A DNA stretch of 30,509 bases from Candidatus Undinarchaeota archaeon (GTDB lineage Archaea > SpSt-1190): the NCBI GenBank assembly GCA_964549355.1, contig CAZJUS010000007.1:1-30509 (forward strand), given 5' to 3'. Shown here piece after piece: positions 1 to 9,093 of this stretch; within the stretch, counting starts at the first letter, position 1, and each line of letters begins with the position of its first letter. Position numbers and translations under genes: made by a program. The notes under the pieces were generated by a model. That model was given only the letters and a program-made list of their open reading frames with translations. It did not search any database and was not told where the DNA came from.

Positions 1-2
1 CT

Positions 3-1598
3 GCATCAGATGTTCTCCATCCTTTTGAACTGCAAGATGTGCCGATAAATATTTCAATAGATGTTACATCAGATGCAAACCTCAGTTATGTGAATGCTTC
101 ACTCTGGGCAGGTTCTGCACTGCAATCATATGTTGAAAACGCCGCCATCTCAGGAAACTCGACCCTTCTTTGGTTCAATAAAACAGACATCTGGAATTTG
201 AATGAATTCGAACTGAAAATTAATGCGGAGGACATCACCGGAAATCCTGCAACACAAGTCACAAGAAGATTCAAAAGGTACAAAAAAGCGACCATCACTA
301 TCGACGGCCATTGGCTTGGTACTGGCGCCAACGCGGGAGAAACAGAATATAAATGGGAGGAAGTCTATGACAATGTCAATTATAATTTTACAGGGTCGGA
401 CGCAAGTCCTGCAAACATTCTGATTAGTATAGATGTGCCTGAAGCCGAAATTGATAAAGCAACCCTGTTCCACAAAAAAGACAACAACAACTATGTCGAG
501 TTGATATGGAACGATGTCAATCCAAAAACACTCCACGACAATTTACATGTCTATGTCACGAATACGACTGCCAATGAGTATGGAATCAATTCAACAAAAG
601 TCCCAGATACTGTCCGGGTGATGGTAACTGGATTCAGTGTTGGAACATCAGAAAGAATGTGTTTGTATGTAAATGACAATTATTCAATCACGCAGGGCAC
701 TGAAACAGGAATCTGGAATGAAATGACGTGTGCATCAACAGGGACAGGCACCTACCGCTTTTCAATAGCCGGAACAAATTCTTACATCGATGCAGGAGAT
801 TGGTCCAACGGAAGAGGGATTGGACTTAGAATTGGAAAAAAGACAGTAACTAGCGAGGAAGAAAACCCGAATGACAATACACTTGCCAGCACTCTTCCCG
901 CCGGGACTGCAAGCATCACATTGACCCGTCCAAGTTCAAAAACAATAAATGTTGGTGAATGTGATGTTGCCAGATTCACAATAAGCAATGTTGGCACTGC
1001 GAGTGCAAGCATAACCGGGGCAACGGCTACAGGATTCACAAGTGATGAAATGACATTCACAGTTGTTTCACCTCCATCTTTTCCGATAACTGTAACTCCT
1101 GACACCAGTAAAAACCTCGATCTCAGTTTCTGCCCAATTGTCGCAGGCACATACAATGCGCAGGTCTGCATAGTTGTGAGCGGTTCCAATATCTGCAAGA
1201 CACTTTCAGTCACAGGTGTGAATGCAAGCACAACAACTGAAATTGAAACGGCAGAAGAGAACAAAACATATGAAAACCTGAAGATGAAAGTGGAGGACCA
1301 AGATGGTGTTTTTGTAGTCACGGTGGATTCGGATGACGGTCCCGTCCCGGATGCCATAATTCAAGTTACGTATCCGGACGGAACTGTGGAGAATTACACC
1401 ACCAACTCCTTTGGAAAAGCCAGTTTCACGCCTCTGGACGAAAAATTCACCATCAAGATATTCCATGGGGACGAAACCCTTCAGAAAAGAATCAATACAA
1501 GCGCGAGCAGGCTGAGCTTGGGGCGGGTGCTTATTGACCTGCTGATCCTGGCAATCATAATGGGGATTGGGATTTTTCTGGATGAAAAATTAATGTAA
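3..1598 (+). CDS. Cell-surface/secreted protein with Ig-like domain(s) and C-terminal membrane anchor (5'-partial)
   Basis: The frame is open back to the window start, so the true start is probably upstream. T/S/N-rich with many N-x-S/T sequons. Ig-like (ASH/choice-of-anchor-D-like) segment 'FTISNVGTASASIT...PITVTP...LSFCP..AGTYNA'. C-terminal hydrophobic helix VLIDLLILAIIMGIGIFL. Confidence 0.7.
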   Translation, partial: ASDVLHPFELQDVPINISIDVTSDANLSYVNASLWAGSALQSYVENAAISGNSTLLWFNKTDIWNLNEFELKINAEDITGNPATQVTRRFKRYKKATITIDGHWLGTGANAGETEYKWEEVYDNVNYNFTGSDASPANILISIDVPEAEIDKATLFHKKDNNNYVELIWNDVNPKTLHDNLHVYVTNTTANEYGINSTKVPDTVRVMVTGFSVGTSERMCLYVNDNYSITQGTETGIWNEMTCASTGTGTYRFSIAGTNSYIDAGDWSNGRGIGLRIGKKTVTSEEENPNDNTLASTLPAGTASITLTRPSSKTINVGECDVARFTISNVGTASASITGATATGFTSDEMTFTVVSPPSFPITVTPDTSKNLDLSFCPIVAGTYNAQVCIVVSGSNICKTLSVTGVNASTTTEIETAEENKTYENLKMKVEDQDGVFVVTVDSDDGPVPDAIIQVTYPDGTVENYTTNSFGKASFTPLDEKFTIKIFHGDETLQKRINTSASRLSLGRVLIDLLILAIIMGIGIFLDEKLM

Positions 1599-2480
1599 TG
1601 AATTCCAACTGTGGTCAAAAGGTTCTGGAACAAATTTTTTCATTTTTAAGTATTCTTTTGGGATTCCAATGCAAAATTTTCTCAATGAACATTTTTGGCA
1701 TTCCGGGAATTTAGTATACAGGGAAGCAAAATCATAATAAGTCTTATATTCCATATCAATCCGCGCAAATTTTTCAAATTTTTTAAGTTTACAAAGAGGA
1801 AAAGGTATGCTATTTGAAATGCTAATGTTTCTGTGTTTGATTTTGCAAAACTCTAAAATTTTCACAATATTTTTTCCAAGTTCCTCATAATCGGGCAGAT
1901 ATTTTTTCACCAAATCGGAATCATCATTCGGCCGGAACGGAGACAGCAACAAAGATGCATGTGAATCAAATTTCGATAAAAAATTAAAAAGCCCTCTAAA
2001 ATGTTTGAAAGACATATTTATGTTTGTCAAAGGAATTGTGAAAGCGTGAATAATCCCAGGAAAACGAAAGGTGTGATTTAATGCTTGATTCAGTTTTTCA
2101 AAAGAACCGGGAGTTTGGACAATTTTCTCATATATTTTCGGACAATGAGACGGAACATTTAAGTTTATTTTATCCAGTCCGCAAGACACCAGATCACTAA
2201 AATATTTCAAATCTGAGAGGGCGATGCCGTTAGTCTCCAGAAGCACGTTAAATCCATTTTTCTTTGCAATTTGGATGTATTTTCGCAGGTTTTTGTCTCT
2301 CGTAGGCTCCCCTCCTCCTGAGAAATTAATAGTTTCACAGTCAGAGAATATAATTTCAGAAACAATTTGGCGGAAGGTCGGCTTGTCACCGGCATTGTAA
2401 TGCTTGTTCCTTTGGCAAAAAACACAATTAAGCTGGCAGTCCTCTTCAAGATTGACAAGTAGTGTTTTTCTTTCATTCAC
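1590..2480 (-). CDS. Radical SAM protein, HxsC-like paralogue 1
   Basis: CQLNCVFC (CxxxCxxC), GGGEPT, ETNG, PFPLC and C-terminal CQKCSLRKFCIG. GTG start overlaps the stop of the upstream gene by 1 nt. Confidence 0.85.
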   Translation of the reverse strand: MNERKTLLVNLEEDCQLNCVFCQRNKHYNAGDKPTFRQIVSEIIFSDCETINFSGGGEPTRDKNLRKYIQIAKKNGFNVLLETNGIALSDLKYFSDLVSCGLDKINLNVPSHCPKIYEKIVQTPGSFEKLNQALNHTFRFPGIIHAFTIPLTNINMSFKHFRGLFNFLSKFDSHASLLLSPFRPNDDSDLVKKYLPDYEELGKNIVKILEFCKIKHRNISISNSIPFPLCKLKKFEKFARIDMEYKTYYDFASLYTKFPECQKCSLRKFCIGIPKEYLKMKKFVPEPFDHSWNSLH

Positions 2481-3409
2481 TAATCTCTCCCCGCTTTTGC
2501 AACTATTTTTTTCGGGTCCATAAAAATAGGATACAATTCATCCGTCCCATAAAGCTTTGCATAATTTTTGTTGACACCCGGACAAATTGAGTTTAACCGG
2601 CAAATGTTACAAGCTTCTGATTTTTGATACACATCTTCAAAATATTCTTTTGTGAACAACTTAAATTCTTTTTCGCGGGAACCTACAGAATCTTCACGAG
2701 TAACGAGTCGACGCAACTCTGTATTATACTCTGCAAATTCCAATAAATAACATAAAGGGATTCGCTCAACCCTGAATGTTTTTTTTGCATGTTTTAAGAA
2801 GAAAAGGGCCTTTGCAACATCGAGTTCACATTCACTAACCTTTGGAACTACTGCATTATTATCTCCGGATCTTCCAACCGCATCAACAAAATTCAGCACA
2901 TAATGATTTATGAAATCAAAATGACGGACCATAAAATTAAAAAAATCAAAAAGATGCGGGTAATTTTGTTTTACTATAGTTGTTGCAACAAAAACAGATA
3001 TGCCCGCTTTGTGGGCAAGCTCCAAACCGTTAAGTTGTTTTTTCAATACACCTTTACCATTCATAATTTTATCAGTTAGTGCAGGTATATGAGAGTGTAT
3101 AGAAAAAACAATTTGCTCTAAACCTGCATTTTTCAAAGCTACAACATTGTCCGGAGTCACAAGAGTACCGTTGGTCTGGATTCCTGTTTCAAATCCAATA
3201 TCGCTGGCATAGCGGACCAATTCAATCAAATCCGGATGTAAAAAAGGTTCTCCGCCCGTTATTGAAAGTTTGCGGTATCCTTGAGCCAAATATTTGTTGA
3301 ATGTTTTTCTTATGTCGTCACTCTTAAGAACTCCACTTCTATTACCTTGCGAGCAAAAAACACAGTTAAGATTGCAGCCCCGCATAATTTCAACATATGC
3401 AATCCTCAT
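2480..3409 (-). CDS. Radical SAM protein, HxsC-like paralogue 2
   Basis: CNLNCVFC, TGGEPF, QTNG, IPLC and C-terminal CNICRLNSICPG. Start moved to ATG 3409 (alternative 3418) because the longer ORF overlaps the divergent gene and a TATA-like box lies about 25 nt upstream. Confidence 0.88.
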   Translation of the reverse strand: MRIAYVEIMRGCNLNCVFCSQGNRSGVLKSDDIRKTFNKYLAQGYRKLSITGGEPFLHPDLIELVRYASDIGFETGIQTNGTLVTPDNVVALKNAGLEQIVFSIHSHIPALTDKIMNGKGVLKKQLNGLELAHKAGISVFVATTIVKQNYPHLFDFFNFMVRHFDFINHYVLNFVDAVGRSGDNNAVVPKVSECELDVAKALFFLKHAKKTFRVERIPLCYLLEFAEYNTELRRLVTREDSVGSREKEFKLFTKEYFEDVYQKSEACNICRLNSICPGVNKNYAKLYGTDELYPIFMDPKKIVAKAGRD

Positions 3410-3444
3410 AGAAAACATTATTAATTTGTCAAATATAAAGTAAT

Positions 3445-3864
3445 GTGAAAATAATCTGGAAAATCTTTTTGTTTGCAATTATTTCTTTAGCCTTAATCTT
3501 TAGCGGCGCCCTAATCGGAAAAAATCTAGAAAATTTACAAAGGAACAAAAAAATGGAACTGCTGAAAACAATATCCCAAAAACTTGGGCAGATAAATGAA
3601 ATCGAAGGTGTTTCATCACCCATCGTCACCCGCATCGGAATCAGTTGCGCAAGGCTGTACTATATTTTCAACGATACCGAAGAACAAATCACAGTATGTC
3701 CTCTGGAGCTGACGGAAGAAGAAATCAAGAGTCTTGAAGGATTCAATGAATACCCTTTCCAGATAATCACAGACAAATGGCAGTATACTGAAAGTCAGAC
3801 AATGGATCGGCTGGAGTATCTGAAAATTTTCCACCAAATCCAGCAGATAATTGAAAGCGATTAA
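3445..3864 (+). CDS. Hypothetical membrane-anchored protein
   Basis: 139-aa ORF filling the gap between two radical SAM genes; N-terminal hydrophobic helix IFLFAIISLALIFSGALIG; two Cys. Confidence 0.65.
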   Translation: MKIIWKIFLFAIISLALIFSGALIGKNLENLQRNKKMELLKTISQKLGQINEIEGVSSPIVTRIGISCARLYYIFNDTEEQITVCPLELTEEEIKSLEGFNEYPFQIITDKWQYTESQTMDRLEYLKIFHQIQQIIESD

Positions 3865-4787
3865 AGGATTTTGATTTTGCTTCCTAGGACAGGAATAAAT
3901 TCTGCACTGCCTCTTTTTTCAACATATTCCTTCCATGGCCCTTCACAAATATTGTAAAATCTGCAGTTCTTGCATTTTTCACCTTTCCATTTTCCTTCGT
4001 GGATTCTCCACTCTTCCCAGTTCTTAATTTTGAACTCTGTTTCATAGACGTCGGCAGGCGGAATGTATAATTCTGAAACCTGCTTCTCATAACCTTTCAT
4101 TAAACAAAAAGGCATAGCTTCTGCCATTACTTTCAGGCCAGCATCCATACCGACCTGAAGTCCGCGGTGAATGTATGGAGCGGCCAATGAAATAAAAGGA
4201 ACTATTGAATCAAAATTAATCCACGCACTCCCGACAGGATGGACAAATGCCAATTGATATTGATTCACTCCGAGGTGGACCAAGAGTTCTGATATATTTT
4301 TCACAAACCTGTAATTTGGTTTTGTAACAACTGTGTTGCTGATTATACTCACATCCCCATACTCCCGGACATTTCTGATCCCCTGAACAGTCTGCTTCCA
4401 AGCTCCCGGCACTCTGGACAAATAATCATGTAGCTCGGGAATATGTCCGTTCAATGCCGGAGAAAACTCATTCATACCTGCTTCAACTGTTGCTTTGGTG
4501 AATTTCTTTGAGGCAAATCTTCGTGCATTAGTCTGGACCTGTATTTTCTCATAGCCAAGCTCTTTTGCAAACCGTATCTGGGATATTATGTCTTTTCTCA
4601 CAGTAGGCTCGCCCCCGGTAAAAACTACAGACCTGATGCCCTCATTAAACGCTTTCCTAAGCTCCTGCTGAATCTGCTCGGACGTCTTGCTTTTCAAGCT
4701 TCTCCGTTTGGAGCCTTGAGCACAGTGCCTGCACATGTTGTTGCAGGCATATCCTACTTTCAAATCCAGCCTTCTCTGAAATGTCAT
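3861..4787 (-). CDS. Radical SAM protein, HxsC-like paralogue 3
   Basis: CNNMCRHC, FTGGEPT, QTN, MPFC and C-terminal CKNCRFYNICEGPW. ATGA overlap with the upstream gene. Confidence 0.9.
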   Translation of the reverse strand: MTFQRRLDLKVGYACNNMCRHCAQGSKRRSLKSKTSEQIQQELRKAFNEGIRSVVFTGGEPTVRKDIISQIRFAKELGYEKIQVQTNARRFASKKFTKATVEAGMNEFSPALNGHIPELHDYLSRVPGAWKQTVQGIRNVREYGDVSIISNTVVTKPNYRFVKNISELLVHLGVNQYQLAFVHPVGSAWINFDSIVPFISLAAPYIHRGLQVGMDAGLKVMAEAMPFCLMKGYEKQVSELYIPPADVYETEFKIKNWEEWRIHEGKWKGEKCKNCRFYNICEGPWKEYVEKRGSAEFIPVLGSKIKIL

Positions 4788-5485
4788 ATGCGTGGCCTCT
4801 CATGATAAAAATTATACGCGCGGGAGAAGAACAGCATCTCTTCAACAGTTTCAGGCTTCACCTTGGCAAGCTTCCTAAAAGGACCGTCATCCCCAAGACA
4901 TCCGGCATTCAATATTGCAAAGCTTGCAAACTCCGGTATGTTTGATGCGGGAGGTTCTCCTTTGGAAAAAAGAAGTGAATAAAATCTCGAACATACCATA
5001 TCCGGCAGACGGTTGCCTTTGAATGCATTGAGTCCTCTCGGAAAATTGCCGGAAAGTGCCATTACTTCCCGGTAAGTTGTTGCATTATTCAGCCTCAAAA
5101 AAAAGTAATCGAAGTCAATCGGTCTGTCACTCAAATAAAACGCAACAGAGCAAAAACCAATGCATTCTAAATCTTCCTGTTCTAGGCATTCTTCAAATGA
5201 AAGGTTTTTTGCTCTTTCATTCACTTTCGGCAGACCAATCAAAGAATCGTGGCATGTCCCCGAAGGTTCCAAGTCGGCATCGAGCCCGTGGTTCCATCGC
5301 AGGTATATCTCGTTGGTTTCATCAGTCCGCAAGCCCTCGGCAATATTTTGTTCGGCATACTGCCCCACCTTGGTAAAGGTGCGCTCGACCCTGCGCTCCC
5401 ACCCTTTGTCCAGATACCAAAAAGAACTGGACACAATTGCAAAGCAGACAATCACAAAAATCGCCAAAAGCCACTTTTTGGTCAT
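4784..5485 (-). CDS. Hypothetical exported/membrane-anchored Cys-containing protein
   Basis: N-terminal KK plus hydrophobic helix (WLLAIFVIVCFAIVSSSFWYL); several Cys; stop overlaps the start of the downstream radical SAM gene. Confidence 0.7.
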   Translation of the reverse strand: MTKKWLLAIFVIVCFAIVSSSFWYLDKGWERRVERTFTKVGQYAEQNIAEGLRTDETNEIYLRWNHGLDADLEPSGTCHDSLIGLPKVNERAKNLSFEECLEQEDLECIGFCSVAFYLSDRPIDFDYFFLRLNNATTYREVMALSGNFPRGLNAFKGNRLPDMVCSRFYSLLFSKGEPPASNIPEFASFAILNAGCLGDDGPFRKLAKVKPETVEEMLFFSRAYNFYHERPRI

Positions 5486-5522
5486 CTATTGAGTAAATGC
5501 CCAACTTTAATAATTTATGGGA

Positions 5523-6770
5523 TTAACGCAGATACTTATTGATTAAAAATAAGGACACTGCCTCCTGGAAGGCCTTCCTTTCTTTGCATTCTTTGGCATC
5601 CATGAAAATTTTGTTTCCCTTTTTCCTCCAGAGAAGAAGACAGGAACCGCAAACAGGATATATCGGGCAAGTCTTGCATTCTTCATAAAGTTGGTAGGAA
5701 TCAGCAATTTCCCTTATTTTTTCAACCCATAAGTCTCCACCATCCTGGGTAACTTGCCCTATCTGCATGCCTTTCAGGTAAGGGTAATGCTTGAGTGTTT
5801 TTTTTCCAGACCAGACATGGCATGCTGACAGGGAGCCGTCGACTGCCATACTTATCCTTTTGTAGCCCGCTCCGCAACGCAGATGAAATTTATCAACGGA
5901 GAGCGAAAGGAATAACCGGTCAATTGCAGAAATGCCTGCACTTTCCAATTTCTCCACCAAATCAAAATAATTATCAAAAAACAATTTATTCTGCAAAGCT
6001 TCGGCCTCATGGGATTCACCCCTCTCAATACAAAGCATATTGTTCAAGACCACCTTTTTCACCTTCATCTTTGAAAGCTCATTCACAATATCGTCGATTT
6101 TGCCGAACTTGTCTTTTGTAAAGACCAGTTTTACATCCGAGGCTTCTGGAAGATTCTTAGAAAAAAATTCAATAGATTTCTTTGTCATTTTGATATTGTT
6201 TGGAACTTTTGATGGCCTCCATTTCATCTGAAGTCTTTCAGTCCCTGCATACGCAATTGAAACATAATCCACCAAGGGGCATAATTTTTCTCTTGTTTCT
6301 TGATTGAAAACACCGTTCGTGACCAGGTTTATTTTTGGCCGTATGAAATATGAGTCGGCAAGTTCTTTTGTTGTTTTAATCAAATCAGTCCTGAGGGTAG
6401 GCTCCCCGCCAAAAGGTATAATGGTAGGTTCGGGTTCGGAATAAGGTGCAATCAACTCAAAATAATTCTCAATCATTTTTTCAGTTATGTCAACATTTTG
6501 AGGGGCATTCACAAAACAATATTCACAGTGCATATTGCAGTTGAGAGTCAGGTAAAGAACAATGTGTTTAAATGAAAGGCCCTCCTCTGGGGGTTTGAAC
6601 CACTGAAATCTGGGCGGGTAATACACATCCGATACAAAAAGCATTTTTTGCTCCAGATCAAGATTTATGTTTCCATCTTCTCTTTTAAAAAGGGTCGTGG
6701 CAAGGCGGGGGGTGAACTCCACTACTTTCTTCCTGTCCAAGCTGAGACCTTTCAAGACATCAACCTTCAA
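5523..6770 (-). CDS. Radical SAM/SPASM domain peptide maturase
   Basis: CNMHCEYC, FGGEPT, VTNG, and SPASM cysteines CGAG...DGSLSAC...CKTCPIYPVCGSC...C. Probable TTG start at 6770 overlaps the precursor stop (TTGA); the ORF is open to 6791. Confidence 0.9.
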   Translation of the reverse strand: MKVDVLKGLSLDRKKVVEFTPRLATTLFKREDGNINLDLEQKMLFVSDVYYPPRFQWFKPPEEGLSFKHIVLYLTLNCNMHCEYCFVNAPQNVDITEKMIENYFELIAPYSEPEPTIIPFGGEPTLRTDLIKTTKELADSYFIRPKINLVTNGVFNQETREKLCPLVDYVSIAYAGTERLQMKWRPSKVPNNIKMTKKSIEFFSKNLPEASDVKLVFTKDKFGKIDDIVNELSKMKVKKVVLNNMLCIERGESHEAEALQNKLFFDNYFDLVEKLESAGISAIDRLFLSLSVDKFHLRCGAGYKRISMAVDGSLSACHVWSGKKTLKHYPYLKGMQIGQVTQDGGDLWVEKIREIADSYQLYEECKTCPIYPVCGSCLLLWRKKGNKIFMDAKECKERKAFQEAVSLFLINKYLR

Positions 6771-7060
6771 ATTTGAAAACCTGTGCAACAAGATGCGTGT
6801 GTACTATGTGTACTATGGGTGTTGTGGGAGCTGTGGGTGCTGTGGGTGCTGTGGGAGCTGTGGGTGCTGTGAGATCCGTGTGAAGAATGGCTGGCAGTCA
6901 CTTTGCCACTTGAGTACGACGGTGCCACAGCCATCGCGGGGAGCAAAGCAACGGAAGCTGCCATTATCAAAGATGCCGAAGACACCAGCTTGTTCTTGTC
7001 GAAAAATGCGCTTTCATCGTGGACAAGCTCTTTTAGTTTTTTCTTGAGGTGGAGGGGCAT
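6767..7060 (-). CDS. hxsA: His-Xaa-Ser/Thr repeat RiPP precursor (HxsA-like)
   Basis: 97 aa from ATG 7060: basic leader, hydrophobic helix, then HSS-HGS-HST-HSS-HST-HST-HSS-HNT-HST-HST-HAS-CCTGFQI. Lies directly downstream of an hxsB-like gene. Confidence 0.88.
   Translation of the reverse strand: MPLHLKKKLKELVHDESAFFDKNKLVSSASLIMAASVALLPAMAVAPSYSSGKVTASHSSHGSHSTHSSHSTHSTHSSHNTHSTHSTHASCCTGFQI
6791..6889 (-). repeat. 9-bp-period coding tandem repeat (11 units) encoding H-x-S/T
   Basis: Minus-strand units such as cacagcacc, cacagctcc and catagtaca; 99 nt = 33 codons. Confidence 0.92.
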
Positions 7061-7083
7061 AATATGTAGTGTGCCAGGGGTAT

Positions 7084-8478
7084 TTATTGTTTTTTGGGAG
7101 GTTCCGCCCATGACCGCAGCATCTTTTCAAAATCGGCGTCCTCATCTGCCCTTTTAATGAGAAATTCCACCATCTTGCCGTGCGTCCTGCACCTGCGGTC
7201 AAAGGGAAGCCTGCTCATTATGTCCCCGGACATCTTGTAAGCTTCAATCGGGCAGAGTCCGCAGAAAGGCTTCAAGGCGCATCTGTCGCATAAATTGACA
7301 AATCCAGATGAAGCTACTGCCAACCCCTTCACAGTATCATTATTGATGGCTTTTGAAAACTTTTGATCCACCGTGCAGACCTTGAATTCCTCAAACATCC
7401 TGCCTTCATCACAAGTATACACCGAGCCGTCGGGCGAATACGCCAGCTGGCTTATGCCTGCTCCGCACGGCATTTGAAGTTCGCAGTACCCGGGCTCAAT
7501 CCCGGCATAAAGTTTCTTCGCAATAATCTCCGCCATGCCTTCTATGAGGTGCTTGCCGGAAGTGTTCAGTTCAAAAATATATTCCACGACTTTTTTCCAC
7601 GCATCGACAAATGCTTCGGGAGGATATCCGAGCTCGTCCCAAATTTCAGATGCCCTGCCAAAGTATCCCAAGTATTTGAACCTTATTCTTTTGAATCCAA
7701 GTGAATCATACTCATCTATAATTTCTTTCCAGTGAGGAAGTGAATGCTTTGTTATGACTGGGAGCGCATTGAGGTGCGGGTAATCAATTGCTCTGAATTT
7801 TTTAATGCATCTTACCACATCATCGTAAGTCCCGCCGCCACTCAGATATCTGCGGTGCAAATTGTGAAGTTTTTTCGGGCCGTCCAGTGAAAAGCAAACT
7901 CCAACTTTGTTTTCTACAAAAAATTTCATTTTTTCATCGGACCACTGAGTTCCATTGTTGATAATCGAAAATCCAATATTTTTGCCTTTTTTCTCTGCAA
8001 GTTTCTTCGAAACATCAACTATCTTTTTTATTGCACCAAAATTAAGGAGGGGCTCGCCTCCGCTGAACTCCACAACAATGTTTTTTGCAGGCGACTGGAA
8101 TATGAATTCTGCGGTCTTTTTGGCGGTATCAGTGGACATTTTTTGCTTGTTCTTTGCATTGGAATAGCAGTAAACGCATCCCAAGTTGCATTCATTTGTG
8201 ACTGCTATAACGTGAAGCGAGGTTCCATTAAGGAGATGCCACATTCTTTTTGCAGCCATATCTCCAACAGTGTGGACGGTGCTGTTGGTAAAGATCATGC
8301 CAGCATCCAGCATTTTTTTGAAAAATTTCGGGTCTTTTTCAAGCGAATAGGAACTGAAGAGATGAAATTCTTTGCTGCTCAACAAGCTCCAATTCCCCAG
8401 GTCGTTGCTGACTAAAAATTTTTCCCCAAGTTTTTTCACACGGAAAAAGGGAATATCATAATTCACTTTGCCTTCCAT
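7084..8478 (-). CDS. hxsB: His-Xaa-Ser system radical SAM maturase HxsB-like
   Basis: N-terminal 'FRVKKLGEKFLVSNDLG', 'TSLHVIAVTNECNLGCVYC', 'EFSGGEPLLNF', 'PCGAGISQLAY..DG.VYTCDEGRM', 'CDRCALKPFCGLCP' match my recollection of the HxsB family. GGAGG upstream. Adjacent to the HxS-repeat peptide. Confidence 0.88.
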   Translation of the reverse strand: MEGKVNYDIPFFRVKKLGEKFLVSNDLGNWSLLSSKEFHLFSSYSLEKDPKFFKKMLDAGMIFTNSTVHTVGDMAAKRMWHLLNGTSLHVIAVTNECNLGCVYCYSNAKNKQKMSTDTAKKTAEFIFQSPAKNIVVEFSGGEPLLNFGAIKKIVDVSKKLAEKKGKNIGFSIINNGTQWSDEKMKFFVENKVGVCFSLDGPKKLHNLHRRYLSGGGTYDDVVRCIKKFRAIDYPHLNALPVITKHSLPHWKEIIDEYDSLGFKRIRFKYLGYFGRASEIWDELGYPPEAFVDAWKKVVEYIFELNTSGKHLIEGMAEIIAKKLYAGIEPGYCELQMPCGAGISQLAYSPDGSVYTCDEGRMFEEFKVCTVDQKFSKAINNDTVKGLAVASSGFVNLCDRCALKPFCGLCPIEAYKMSGDIMSRLPFDRRCRTHGKMVEFLIKRADEDADFEKMLRSWAEPPKKQ

Positions 8479-8678
8479 TTCATTTCCTCCAGCATGCGGT
8501 TGAATTTTTCATAAATTTTAGTTTCAGCATTGGCATCGGTTACTTTCTTCTTAAACACCAAATACTTTTCATTTTTCTCATACTCCTCCCCAAAAGTTTT
8601 CACTGCAAGCTCCCGGGGGTAAAAATCAAGATTCACTCTGAAAACAAGGACGCCATTTTTATTCAGAATCCCTTTCAT
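8463..8678 (-). CDS. Small HxsD-like protein
   Basis: 71 aa from ATG 8678, preceded by GGTGA. 'FRVNLDFYP...YEKFNRML' parallels 'VKVDPRIYP...FYDEL' in the neighbour. Overlaps both flanking genes. Confidence 0.6.
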   Translation of the reverse strand: MKGILNKNGVLVFRVNLDFYPRELAVKTFGEEYEKNEKYLVFKKKVTDANAETKIYEKFNRMLEEMKWKAK

Positions 8679-9063
8679 CAGAGTCACCAAACTTGTCTTC
8701 CCATTCTTTGATTATCTCTTCTTCGTCATATTCATTTTCAACAGGGAAGCGGTTGGATAATCCCTGGATGAGCGCTTCCCGGACACCGCGGTTTCTGGCC
8801 AACTGCACTGCATAAAATGCAGAAGCAGTCAGTTCATCATAAAAAAGCCTGCCGAGGTCACGCAGACTGCCCTTGAAATTTCTCGGCTTCAAAATCGCAT
8901 AAACTGCATCTTGGAGAGAGCCTTCAAGAATCACATATGCTTTTTCCATAATAGAATATGCTGCGTTGTAAATCAAATCAACAGGATATATTCTTGGGTC
9001 TACCTTGACCACCACAAGGTTTCTCTTATCATCAGGTTCAATAAAATCAAGGTCGCGTGCCAT
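8659..9063 (-). CDS. hxsD: His-Xaa-Ser system protein HxsD-like
   Basis: 'VKVDPRIYPVDLIYNAAYSIMEKAYVILE...FYDEL...VREALIQGL' resembles HxsD; position upstream of hxsB; acidic tail. Confidence 0.75.
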   Translation of the reverse strand: MARDLDFIEPDDKRNLVVVKVDPRIYPVDLIYNAAYSIMEKAYVILEGSLQDAVYAILKPRNFKGSLRDLGRLFYDELTASAFYAVQLARNRGVREALIQGLSNRFPVENEYDEEEIIKEWEDKFGDSDERDSE

Positions 9064-9093
9064 GAGTGTTGGAATTGCAGGGCTAAATAAAAC

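Noticed and set aside
6791..6889. Possible CRISPR or non-coding VNTR
   Set aside because: 9-bp period with no spacers, in frame within a coding gene.
6667..7047. Plus-strand ORF containing YYVYYGCCGSCGCCGCCGSCGCC, resembling a Cys-rich RiPP or metallothionein
   Set aside because: Antisense shadow of the His-Ser/Thr repeat. The minus-strand reading is co-directional with hxsB and has a sensible leader-core layout.
7061..7111. 5' extension of the precursor ORF (MGGTSQK...)
   Set aside because: Overlaps the hxsB 3' end; ATG 7060 gives a cleaner start.
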